Assembly: GCA_027339965.1 (NCBI GenBank)
Contig: DAHWNL010000061.1
Coordinates: 1 to 61,962, forward strand
Direction of reading: 5' to 3'
Length of the DNA stretch: 61,962 nt
DNA from: Granulicella sp.
GTDB lineage: Bacteria > Acidobacteriota > Terriglobia > Terriglobales > Acidobacteriaceae
Positions 54,161 to 61,962 of this stretch are shown in pieces (the stretch's first letter is position 1; every line of letters begins with the position of its first letter). The notes under the pieces are model-generated. The model was not told where the DNA came from. It did no database searches and saw nothing but the letters and a program-made list of their open reading frames with translations. The translations under genes were made by a program, and so were the position numbers.

Positions 54161-54283
54161 GCCCTCATTCTATGGCGCGGACAGCGGCGCTTCCGTAACG
54201 CCGGTCACAGCTCTACGGAGCTCCGGCCACAGCCCTGCGAGCGCTGGCCCGGTGCGTTGCGCACCATCGCCGGTCAGTCCAGC

Positions 54284-54850
54284 TCAGCCCGCCGCATCCG
54301 CCAAAGCTGCGTACTCCTCTCCGCTCAGCCGGGGCGCCAGCACCCACAACGTGTAAATGCCCAGCGCCGTGCCCAGCGGCGGATGGATCAACACCATCAC
54401 TCCAAACACGATGGCCAGCACCCGGCCCCAACGCCGTCGGCTGAACAGCGCATAACCGGTGAGCAGATTCGTGCCGGCGCCCAGCAGCACCGCAGCCAGA
54501 GCCACCGGCCACAGGCTGGCCAGCAACAGCGAGCCAAATGGGCTCCAGCCCAGATCCAGCGAGGTGTTGTGGAAACGTCCGGCGAAGAGCCCGCGTAACA
54601 CCAGTACGCCCAAGGATCCCGAGATCAGCCGCAGCCCTGCATAGACCAGCCACAGCACGCTGAGCATCTGCAGATGGCGCGAGACGCGATCAAACGAATT
54701 GCAGCCTTGATCAGAGTTACAGCCTTGAGCAGAGTTACAGCCTTGAGCCAGAGCGCCGCCCGCTTGCCCTTCCCACACCGCCCTGGTTCCGCAGCGCGGG
54801 CAGAACCGGGCATCTGGCGATAGACTGTCCCCGCAGGTTGAGCAGTTCAT
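54284..54850 (-). CDS. Zinc-ribbon domain membrane protein
   Basis: CSTC..FCPRC N-terminus, TM helices, PLGTALGIYTLWVL; GGAG before ATG 54850. Confidence 0.75.
   Translation of the reverse strand: MNCSTCGDSLSPDARFCPRCGTRAVWEGQAGGALAQGCNSAQGCNSDQGCNSFDRVSRHLQMLSVLWLVYAGLRLISGSLGVLVLRGLFAGRFHNTSLDLGWSPFGSLLLASLWPVALAAVLLGAGTNLLTGYALFSRRRWGRVLAIVFGVMVLIHPPLGTALGIYTLWVLAPRLSGEEYAALADAAG
54695..54748 (-). repeat. 3 x 18-bp in-frame tandem repeat (AQGCNS AQGCNS DQGCNS)
   Basis: gctcaaggctgtaactct twice, then gatcaaggctgcaattcg. Confidence 0.9.
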
Positions 54851-55068
54851 CGGCGCTTCTCCTTCAGGCCCCTGGTCGCTTCGGCTCAGCAGCCCACTTG
54901 GACTCCGGCGCAGGGCCACCATCCTTCTCTGCCTGATGGTACGCGGACTCCGGCAACTTCGTTCCCTCTGCCGCAGAGCGTTTGTGCCACCCCAGCCGAG
55001 TTCCTTGTGCCTTAACCTCTGCGGACAGATATTCCACCCGTGCAGCCCGTTGCCCGTATGCTAAGGAT

Positions 55069-57696
55069 GTGGCCTCCCCGTCCCTGCCTTCGCCTGACTC
55101 GAGCGCGGCGCCTCCCTCGCGGCTGGCTGAGAGCGGCGCCGAGGCGCTGCAGTGGGCGGAGCTGATAGCGTTCCTCGCCGTGCGCGCTCTCTCGGAGCTG
55201 GGCAAGCGCCGGCTATCGGCTCTGGAACCCTCTTCCGACCTCATCTGGGTGGAGCAGCAGCAACAGCGCAACGCTGAAATGCAACAATGGATCGCCGGTG
55301 GAGGGTTCGACTTTCGCGGCATCTTCGATGTTTCCGAGATGCTGGAACGGGCGCGCATCGAGGGCGCGGCGCTGGAGGTTGGGGAGATTCGCGCTCTGCT
55401 GGTACACGCCGAGCGCGTGGCGGCCTGGCGCCGACAGGTGCTGTTGCCGGTCGAGGGCGTGCGCTCGGCAGCGTCTCCGGACCGAGACTCCCTTCCCGGC
55501 CTGCGGAAGCTCACGCAGCCGCTCGAGCCGCACGATCTGGGCCACCTCCTCGGCTCTCTGGTCGGCAAGATCGAGCCCGACGGCACTCTCAACGACGATG
55601 CCTCGCCGGAGCTGCGCCGCATCCGCAGAGCTTTGGAACAGCAGCATCGAGCGATCCAGACCAGCCTGCGCCAGGCTCTGGCCAGGCTCTCGGAGGACGG
55701 AAGCACCCAGGATGCCTTGATCACCGTGCGGGGTGAGCGCTTTGTCATACCCGTCAAAACCGAGTTCAGGCGCCGGGTGGGCGGCGTGGTTCACGGCTCC
55801 AGCTCCAGCGGCCAGACCGTCTTCATCGAACCCATGGAGACCATCGAGCACAACAACGAGCTCACCCGGCTGCTGGATGAGGAGCAGGCCGAGATTCATC
55901 GCATCCTGGTCGCCATGACGCGCTCGCTCTCGGCCCACGCCACGGCGCTTCTGCTCGGCGCCCAGGTACTGGCTCAGGCTGATGCCCACCAGGCCATCGC
56001 CAAGGCTGCCGCCGAGTTCGATTGGGTGCGGCCGGCGCTGAGCCCCACGGACCCGGAGGCCTCTCTCGCGGCGAGCCACCGTCCACAGGCAGTGGCCGGC
56101 GCGGAGTCCTCCACCGCCCACCCCGAGCCGGCGCTCGTCTTCGAGCTTGAACTCGCTCGCCATCCTCTGTTGGACCTTCGGCTTCGCTTCCAGGGCGGCC
56201 GGATCGTTCCCCTGACCATTGCTTTGCCCGCCGGCAAACGGCAGATGATCGTCAGCGGACCCAACACTGGCGGCAAAACCGTCGTGCTCAAGACCGTCGG
56301 TTTGCTGGCGCAGATGGCCCAGGCGGGAATGCCGGTGCCGGCTCGGAGAGCTCGCCTGCCGCTCTTCAGCGCCATCTACGCCGACATTGGGGACGCGCAG
56401 TCGATCGAGCGCAATCTCTCCACCTTCTCGGCGCACATCGCTAACTTGCAACGCATCGCCCAGCGCGCGGATCCGCACTCGCTGGTGCTGCTGGATGAGC
56501 TGGGCTCGGCGACGGATCCGGAGGAGGGTGCGGCTTTGGCTGTGGCCGTGGCCGAGCACTTTCTGCGCCGTGGCGTCTGGTGCATCATCACCACCCATCT
56601 CACCGCTTTGAAGGTCTACGCGGCAAGGCAGGCCGGGCTGCCGGGGCAGGCGGGCGCGCTGAACGCCGCCGTCGGCTTCGATGAGGCGGCCTTGTCTCCC
56701 ACTTATGAGCTGCGCCTGGGCGTGCCGGGCGCCTCGGCCGGCCTGAACATCGCCGCGCGGCTGGGGCTGGATCCGGCTATTGTGGCCCAGGCCCGCGCTC
56801 AGATGACCACCCAGCAGGTGGACATCGGCAGGTTTCTGGAACAGTTGCACGCCCAGCTCACGGCAGCCGCAGCGGAGCGCGAACGCCTAGCTGCCGCCGA
56901 GCGCGCCCTGGCCAAAGAACGGCTGCGCCTGGAGCAGGAGGGGCGCGCTGAGCAGCAGACGCGTACCCGCGAGCTGGAGCGCCGGCTCAAAGATCTCCTC
57001 GAGGTCTTCGAGGCCCAGCTACGCGATACCGTCAAGGCCATCGATGACAAGACGGTTGCCCAGAAGATCGCGCGTGACGCCGCGCTGCGCGTGGCCCGCG
57101 TCAAGCGCGAGTTCTCCGAGCAGTTTCAAAGCACGGTGGCGGCTCATCAGGAGCCCTCCCCGGGCCTCGGCGGAGAAAGTCGGCCGTCCCGGCAGCCGGA
57201 TGAGCCGCAGCCTGGGGACCTGGTCCGGCTGCGCTCGCTGAACCGCGAAGGCCGGGTCGTGCGGATCCTCGACCGCAACTCGCTGGAGGTGGCCGTCGGT
57301 CCCATGAAGATGCGCGTCCGTAGCGGCGATATTGCGCAGGTGGTCGCCCGTTCCGTCCGCCGCGGCCAACCGGCAGGGCCGGAGGCGGCGGGAGTGCCGG
57401 AGACCGGACCAGGCGGCATTACCCTCTCCACTGCGGACGACTCCGACTCGCTTCGCAATGAGATCAACGTCATCGGCAAAACCGCCGACGAGGCCGAAAG
57501 CGAGGTGGAGCGCTTCATCGAGCGCGCCTTCCTGGCCGGCCTGCCCCGCATCCGCGTCGTGCACGGCGTCGGGATGGGCATCCTCAGACGCACGCTGCGG
57601 GAGTTCCTGCACCGGCATCCCCATGTTGCCTCGGTAACAGAGCCCCCCTACAACGAAGGCGGCCAGGGCGCCACGCTGGTCGAGTTGCGCCAGTAG
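55069..57696 (+). CDS. mutS2: Endonuclease MutS2
   Basis: HGSSSSGQTVFIEP, GPNTGGKT, LSTFS, DELG..TDP, coiled coil, C-terminal Smr (VVHGVGMG). Probable GTG start at 55069. Confidence 0.95.
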   Translation: MASPSLPSPDSSAAPPSRLAESGAEALQWAELIAFLAVRALSELGKRRLSALEPSSDLIWVEQQQQRNAEMQQWIAGGGFDFRGIFDVSEMLERARIEGAALEVGEIRALLVHAERVAAWRRQVLLPVEGVRSAASPDRDSLPGLRKLTQPLEPHDLGHLLGSLVGKIEPDGTLNDDASPELRRIRRALEQQHRAIQTSLRQALARLSEDGSTQDALITVRGERFVIPVKTEFRRRVGGVVHGSSSSGQTVFIEPMETIEHNNELTRLLDEEQAEIHRILVAMTRSLSAHATALLLGAQVLAQADAHQAIAKAAAEFDWVRPALSPTDPEASLAASHRPQAVAGAESSTAHPEPALVFELELARHPLLDLRLRFQGGRIVPLTIALPAGKRQMIVSGPNTGGKTVVLKTVGLLAQMAQAGMPVPARRARLPLFSAIYADIGDAQSIERNLSTFSAHIANLQRIAQRADPHSLVLLDELGSATDPEEGAALAVAVAEHFLRRGVWCIITTHLTALKVYAARQAGLPGQAGALNAAVGFDEAALSPTYELRLGVPGASAGLNIAARLGLDPAIVAQARAQMTTQQVDIGRFLEQLHAQLTAAAAERERLAAAERALAKERLRLEQEGRAEQQTRTRELERRLKDLLEVFEAQLRDTVKAIDDKTVAQKIARDAALRVARVKREFSEQFQSTVAAHQEPSPGLGGESRPSRQPDEPQPGDLVRLRSLNREGRVVRILDRNSLEVAVGPMKMRVRSGDIAQVVARSVRRGQPAGPEAAGVPETGPGGITLSTADDSDSLRNEINVIGKTADEAESEVERFIERAFLAGLPRIRVVHGVGMGILRRTLREFLHRHPHVASVTEPPYNEGGQGATLVELRQ

Positions 57697-58284
57697 CGTC
57701 CTGTCTCCAGCCGCGAGCCAAGCCCCGGGCCGCGAGCCAAGCCCCGCCCAACCCGTCGCCAGAGCAGATCATCCGCCGCCACCCGCCCCCGTCCCTCCTG
57801 TCCCGGGCTCGGAGGCGGCTATTTACCCTTTTGATTCCATTGGCGTTAGAGTCCACCGCGATAGAGTCCACCCGGCTGGATCCCCGCTCCACCCTGGCTT
57901 TTCTGCCATTCGCTGCAAAATATCCCCGTTTACTGCTTGGGTAACGACTTGCGGCCCCAGAACCTCCTAAGCTGGGGATGGTACGCGGTCTGGATCTGCT
58001 TGCCCTCGCCAAGGATCCGGATAACAAAGATCGGGGTAACAAAGATTCGGGTAAGGAGTCTGGACTGTTGGCCTGAGGAATCGGGGCCTCCGCCATGGCG
58101 AAGCCGTGGCAGCGGGCTTCAAAAGCAAGGAATCAGGGCAACCAGTCAAGGCAAGTAGCTTCTGGAAGCCCGGAATGCCCTTTTGTGGCTTGAGCGTTGC
58201 TGCTGGAAGCGTAGCCGTTTGAGTCCATCAACGAAAGCAAGGACCGCGCGGATCGCCGCGGAGAATCTTCAGGAGGTACGAAAA

Positions 58285-60390
58285 ATGGGAAAGGCAACCA
58301 AACTACTCGAAAAAGGCATCGTTGTCGGCGCCAGGGGCGCCTGGGCAGTGTTCAGCCGGCTGAACTCCATCAGCCCCAATGAAAGCTTTACTCCGAAGTG
58401 GTCGGATAAGCCGCTGCTCAAGTCGTACCAGAAAGAGAAGCCGCCTCTGGGCTGGCCACGCACCACGGACTCCCTCTGCCCCAAGTGCGTTCCAGAGATT
58501 CGCAAGCAGATTGTGGATGGCAAGCTGCCCCACGAGATTCTGCTCAATGAGAAGGTAGGCGAGATCAAGGCGCAGATCATCGAGCGGGACGGCAAGATAC
58601 TGATGGTGAAAGACTGCCCGATCCACGGCCACTTTGAAGATGTGATGTCCATCGATCCTCCCATGATGAAGCACCTGGAGGACGTCTTTCCGGGCCGCGA
58701 CATCCGCGCCCACAACGACGGCAAGCTGCACAATCACGGCACCTCGACGGTCACCCATGGCCGCGGCTCGGTGTTGACCATCGACCTGACCAACCGCTGC
58801 AACATGATGTGCGACCCCTGCTTCATGGACGCCAACCAGGTCGGCTTTGTGCATGAGCTCACCTGGGATGAGATCAAGACCATGCTGGACAACGCCATCA
58901 CCATCAAGCCCAAGCGGCAGATGTCGGTGCAGTTCTCCGGCGGCGAACCCACGCTGAGCCCTTACTTCCTGGACGCTGTGGCCTACGCTCGCAAGGTGGG
59001 TTACAACTCCGTGCAGGCGGCCACCAATGGGATTGAGTTCGCCAAGTCCAAGGAGTTTGCCAAGGCGGCGGCGGAGGCCGGCCTGCGCTATGCGTACCTC
59101 CAGTTTGACGGCATCGGCAATGCCGCCAACTCACACCGCAAGGTGGGCAACGCCTTTGACGTGAAGTTGCAGGCGATCCACAACCTGCATGAGGCCGGCG
59201 TGGATATCGTTCCCGTCACCACCATCGTCAACGGGATCAACAACGAACAGGTGGGGCGCATCATCCAGTTCGCCATGGACAACCCCAAGAAGATCAACTT
59301 CCTCTCCTTCCAGCCGGTCAGCTTCACCGGCCGCGATGAGGACATCTCCGACGAGCGCCGCGCCGCGCAGCGTTACACCCTCTCCCATCTGGCTCACGAC
59401 GTACGCGACCAGACGGGTCTGGGTGAGAGCACCCGCGACTGGTATCCCATCAGCTTCATGTCCACCTTCTCGGACTGGGCTGACTTGGTACATGGTCCCG
59501 ACCGGGAGTGGGGCCAGCTCTCCTGCGGTTGCCATCCCAACTGCGGCGTCGGCATGGCGTTGATGATCGACAAGGAGACCAAGGAAGCCGTGCCGGTGAC
59601 GGCGTTCCTGAACGCCTCGCGCCTGGCCAAGGATGTCGCCCGGGTCAACGACGCGGCTCGCGGCAAATTCCTTACCATGCTGGGCGGCTCTCTGGCGCTC
59701 ATCCGCAACTATGAGCCCTACAAAGCCCCCAAGCACTTCAGCATCTTCGCCCTGCTGGCCAAGTTCGACAAGTGCTTCGGAGCTTCCGGACGCTCCTACG
59801 GCAAGGTCTCCGGAGACCGCACCATGGAGGACATCCAGAAGCGCCGCGCCGATCGCTGGAACTTCCTGTTCATCGCCGGCATGTGGTTCCAGGATCTGTT
59901 CAACTACGACTTCCGCCGCACCGAGCAGTGCATCATCCCCTATGCCACCCAGGAGGGCGAGATCAGCTTCTGCGCCTACAACACGGGCATCGGCTGGCGC
60001 AACATCATTGAGAAGATGCACATGACCGCCTCGCTGACCAAGTGGTACGAGGAGCATGGTCGCCATGAGATCTTCGCCGGCGGAAAGAAAGTCGGCCTGG
60101 AAAAGCAGGAGAAGATTGACTTGGTGGTCAACCAGGAGCATGTGAACGCGGCTGCCAACGATACCTTCGACAAGAGCGGCATCGCCAAGAACGCTCGTGA
60201 GGAGAAGCTCCGCGCCCGCGAGCAGAAGCTGAAGCAGGATGCCGAGAACGCCCGCATGGCCAAGCTGTACCGCAAGGAGATCCTCAAAGAGCAGGAGATT
60301 CCAGGATTTGTCCCGCTCGGCGAGATCAGCGCCATCCAGCCCGCAGCCCAGCCGCAGAAGGACGTCGAGGAGACCGTCGCCGGCGACTGA
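58285..60390 (+). CDS. Radical SAM protein, tetraether lipid synthase (Tes/GDGT-MAS, MJ0619)-like
   Basis: TDSLCPKC..KDCPIHG, DLTNRCNMMCDPCF, QFSGGEPT, ATNG, YLQFDG, FQPVSFTGR, CHPNCG, MWFQD..YD..R..QCIIPYAT..ISFCAYN; AGGAGG RBS. Confidence 0.85.
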   Translation: MGKATKLLEKGIVVGARGAWAVFSRLNSISPNESFTPKWSDKPLLKSYQKEKPPLGWPRTTDSLCPKCVPEIRKQIVDGKLPHEILLNEKVGEIKAQIIERDGKILMVKDCPIHGHFEDVMSIDPPMMKHLEDVFPGRDIRAHNDGKLHNHGTSTVTHGRGSVLTIDLTNRCNMMCDPCFMDANQVGFVHELTWDEIKTMLDNAITIKPKRQMSVQFSGGEPTLSPYFLDAVAYARKVGYNSVQAATNGIEFAKSKEFAKAAAEAGLRYAYLQFDGIGNAANSHRKVGNAFDVKLQAIHNLHEAGVDIVPVTTIVNGINNEQVGRIIQFAMDNPKKINFLSFQPVSFTGRDEDISDERRAAQRYTLSHLAHDVRDQTGLGESTRDWYPISFMSTFSDWADLVHGPDREWGQLSCGCHPNCGVGMALMIDKETKEAVPVTAFLNASRLAKDVARVNDAARGKFLTMLGGSLALIRNYEPYKAPKHFSIFALLAKFDKCFGASGRSYGKVSGDRTMEDIQKRRADRWNFLFIAGMWFQDLFNYDFRRTEQCIIPYATQEGEISFCAYNTGIGWRNIIEKMHMTASLTKWYEEHGRHEIFAGGKKVGLEKQEKIDLVVNQEHVNAAANDTFDKSGIAKNAREEKLRAREQKLKQDAENARMAKLYRKEILKEQEIPGFVPLGEISAIQPAAQPQKDVEETVAGD

Positions 60391-60418
60391 CGTAGCCCCG
60401 GCACTTCCAAATCGGCCA

Positions 60419-60444
60419 GGGGAGGAGAGGAGACTCTCCTCCCC
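60419..60444 (+). terminator. Stem-loop after the radical SAM gene
   Basis: GGGGAGGAGAG-GAGA-CTCTCCTCCCC, 11-bp stem with GNRA loop and no clear U-tract. Confidence 0.5.
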
Positions 60445-60780
60445 GTCCTAGCGCACTCGAAATGTCCTCTGGAAGAAAGTGATCGAGTCTCCCGCAGAGC
60501 CAGTGTCGCACCGCCTTGGCTCCGCCCTCTCGATGCCGTGCCCCCAGGCGCTTCCTCTGGCGCTCAAGCAGTTTCTGTGAAGGTGTACCCAACGCCTGGA
60601 CATCTATGGGCGTTTTCCCCAATGAAAACGCCGCTGCAAGCCCTCTTCGGAACACCCATCAACACTGAAAATGCTGTAGCTTGGACGCAGTCTCCCGCAG
60701 ATGCAGGTTGACTCAGGACGCGACCTTCCGGATTGGGCTGGAAGGAGATGCCTCCGTCGGTCCCATAGAATGGTCGTGGC

Positions 60781-61458
60781 ATGAACCAGGCTTCCAGCGT
60801 CACTCCACCAAAGACCAGCCCGAACAGCATCCGCGCCGTGCTCTTTGACTATGGCATGGTGCTCAGCCAGTCTCCACGGGCCATGGACTGGAGATGCCTT
60901 CAGCTCGCGCTGGACCCCGCAGGGAAGTCGTCTGCCGAGGAGTTTTCCGCGGCCTACTGGAAGTACCGCGATGCCTATGATCGGGGGATCTTGAAGGGGC
61001 CCGCTTACTGGCAGAAGGTCGCAAACGAGTTCGGCATAACTCTGGACCAGCCTACACTCCATGCGCTGCTGGAGGCGGATCTTGTTGCCTGGACGCGACC
61101 CAACACACCGATGATGGACTGGGCGGCACGGTTGCAGCGTACAGGCATCAAGACCGGGATCCTCTCCAACATGGGTGACGCCATGGAGGAGGGTATAAGA
61201 AAGCGGCTCCCCGACATTGACAGCTTCTCTCACCATACTTTTTCGCATCGCCTGCATCTCGCCAAACCAGATCCCGCCATCTACCTCCACTCCATCCAGG
61301 GACTCGGTGAAGCTCCCCACCATATCCTTTTCATCGACGACCGGGTGGAGAATATAGATGCTGCACGCCAAATAGGAACTTTCGCCATCCAGTATTCAGG
61401 ACAGGCAGCGTTCGCACATGATATGCAGCAGATGGGACTTGGTTGGCTGCTGTTGTAG
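60781..61458 (+). CDS. HAD-superfamily hydrolase (subfamily IA)
   Basis: VLFDYGMVL, ILSN, KPDPAIY, FIDDR..N. Confidence 0.88.
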   Translation: MNQASSVTPPKTSPNSIRAVLFDYGMVLSQSPRAMDWRCLQLALDPAGKSSAEEFSAAYWKYRDAYDRGILKGPAYWQKVANEFGITLDQPTLHALLEADLVAWTRPNTPMMDWAARLQRTGIKTGILSNMGDAMEEGIRKRLPDIDSFSHHTFSHRLHLAKPDPAIYLHSIQGLGEAPHHILFIDDRVENIDAARQIGTFAIQYSGQAAFAHDMQQMGLGWLLL

Positions 61459-61650
61459 TTGGCCGGAGATAACCTCATGCAAGCATGTTCGAGGGTCCCC
61501 AATCCAGTTGAGGAGATCGAGATGCGTGCCGTGGCCCGCAAGGCGCCGCCAAAGTCGCTGTGAGAGAAAGGATCGGCAGGCAACCCCTCGCACATGGCAG
61601 CACCAACCCACAGCAGCGTTCGCTGTGAGAGATGCGGCCTGACTGCCGGC

Positions 61651-61962
61651 TAGACCATCTTACTCTGGGGTATAAGCCTTGATTCTTTGCAGCCGCCTGG
61701 ATTGAGCTCCTGTTTGATGTATGGCTCGGGCATACGGTGATGATCTTGGGCGCAAGGTGTTGTCGGCTTATGCGGGCGGCAAGGGCACGATGAAGGAGGT
61801 GGCGTTGCGGTTTGACGTCACCTACGGCTGGGTGCAGAAGATCGCGCGCGCCCAGCGGCAGAACGGCAGCTACAAGCGGGTGCCGCAGCGGCGTGCTCCG
61901 AGCGGGGTCGATTACGAGGTGATCCGGCGGCTGGTCGAGCGGGAGCCTGACATCGTGCTGGT
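61651..61962 (+). mobile_element. IS630-family insertion sequence, left end and transposase N-terminus (truncated by window edge)
   Basis: ATG 61721: MARAYGDDLGRKVLSAYAGGKGTMKEVALRFDVTYGWVQKIAR...IRRLVEREPDIVL, an IS630-type HTH N-terminus. Candidate left end at TA-GACCATC (61651). Confidence 0.8.

Noticed and set aside
58285..60390. MoaA, RiPP maturase or pterin methyltransferase annotation for the radical SAM gene
   Set aside because: No SPASM/twitch motif pattern or precursor peptide nearby. The pterin dimethyltransferase label is the older annotation of the MJ0619 family, later shown to be Tes/GDGT-MAS.

Overview
GC-rich bacterial chromosomal segment. Gene content and protein families (tandem NHL-repeat lipoproteins, GT39-like membrane proteins, N-terminally extended Prs, a CCCACATCTC..GAGATGTGGG palindrome) suggest Acidobacteriota, probably Terriglobia/Acidobacteriaceae; this is an inference. 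Most of the window is housekeeping: clpB/hsp20, ggt, glyA, alr, prfA, the ispE-tRNA-Gln-prs-rplY-pth-rpsF-rpsR-rplI block, glgA, tal, hemB-lpdA-lipB-sucB and mutS2. Accessory material includes a decaying cluster of GT-C-like membrane genes, two large surface lipoproteins, three probably exported serine peptidases, two inactivated HEPN-type genes and an IS630 element cut by the right edge. The most notable gene is a radical SAM protein (58285-60390) resembling the tetraether lipid synthase Tes/GDGT-MAS, in which the N-terminal auxiliary Fe-S cysteine motif is replaced by a His-rich segment. Several pseudogenes split or missed by the ORF track were reconstructed by reading through stops and frameshifts. 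Family assignments rest on motifs recalled from memory; no database search was run.
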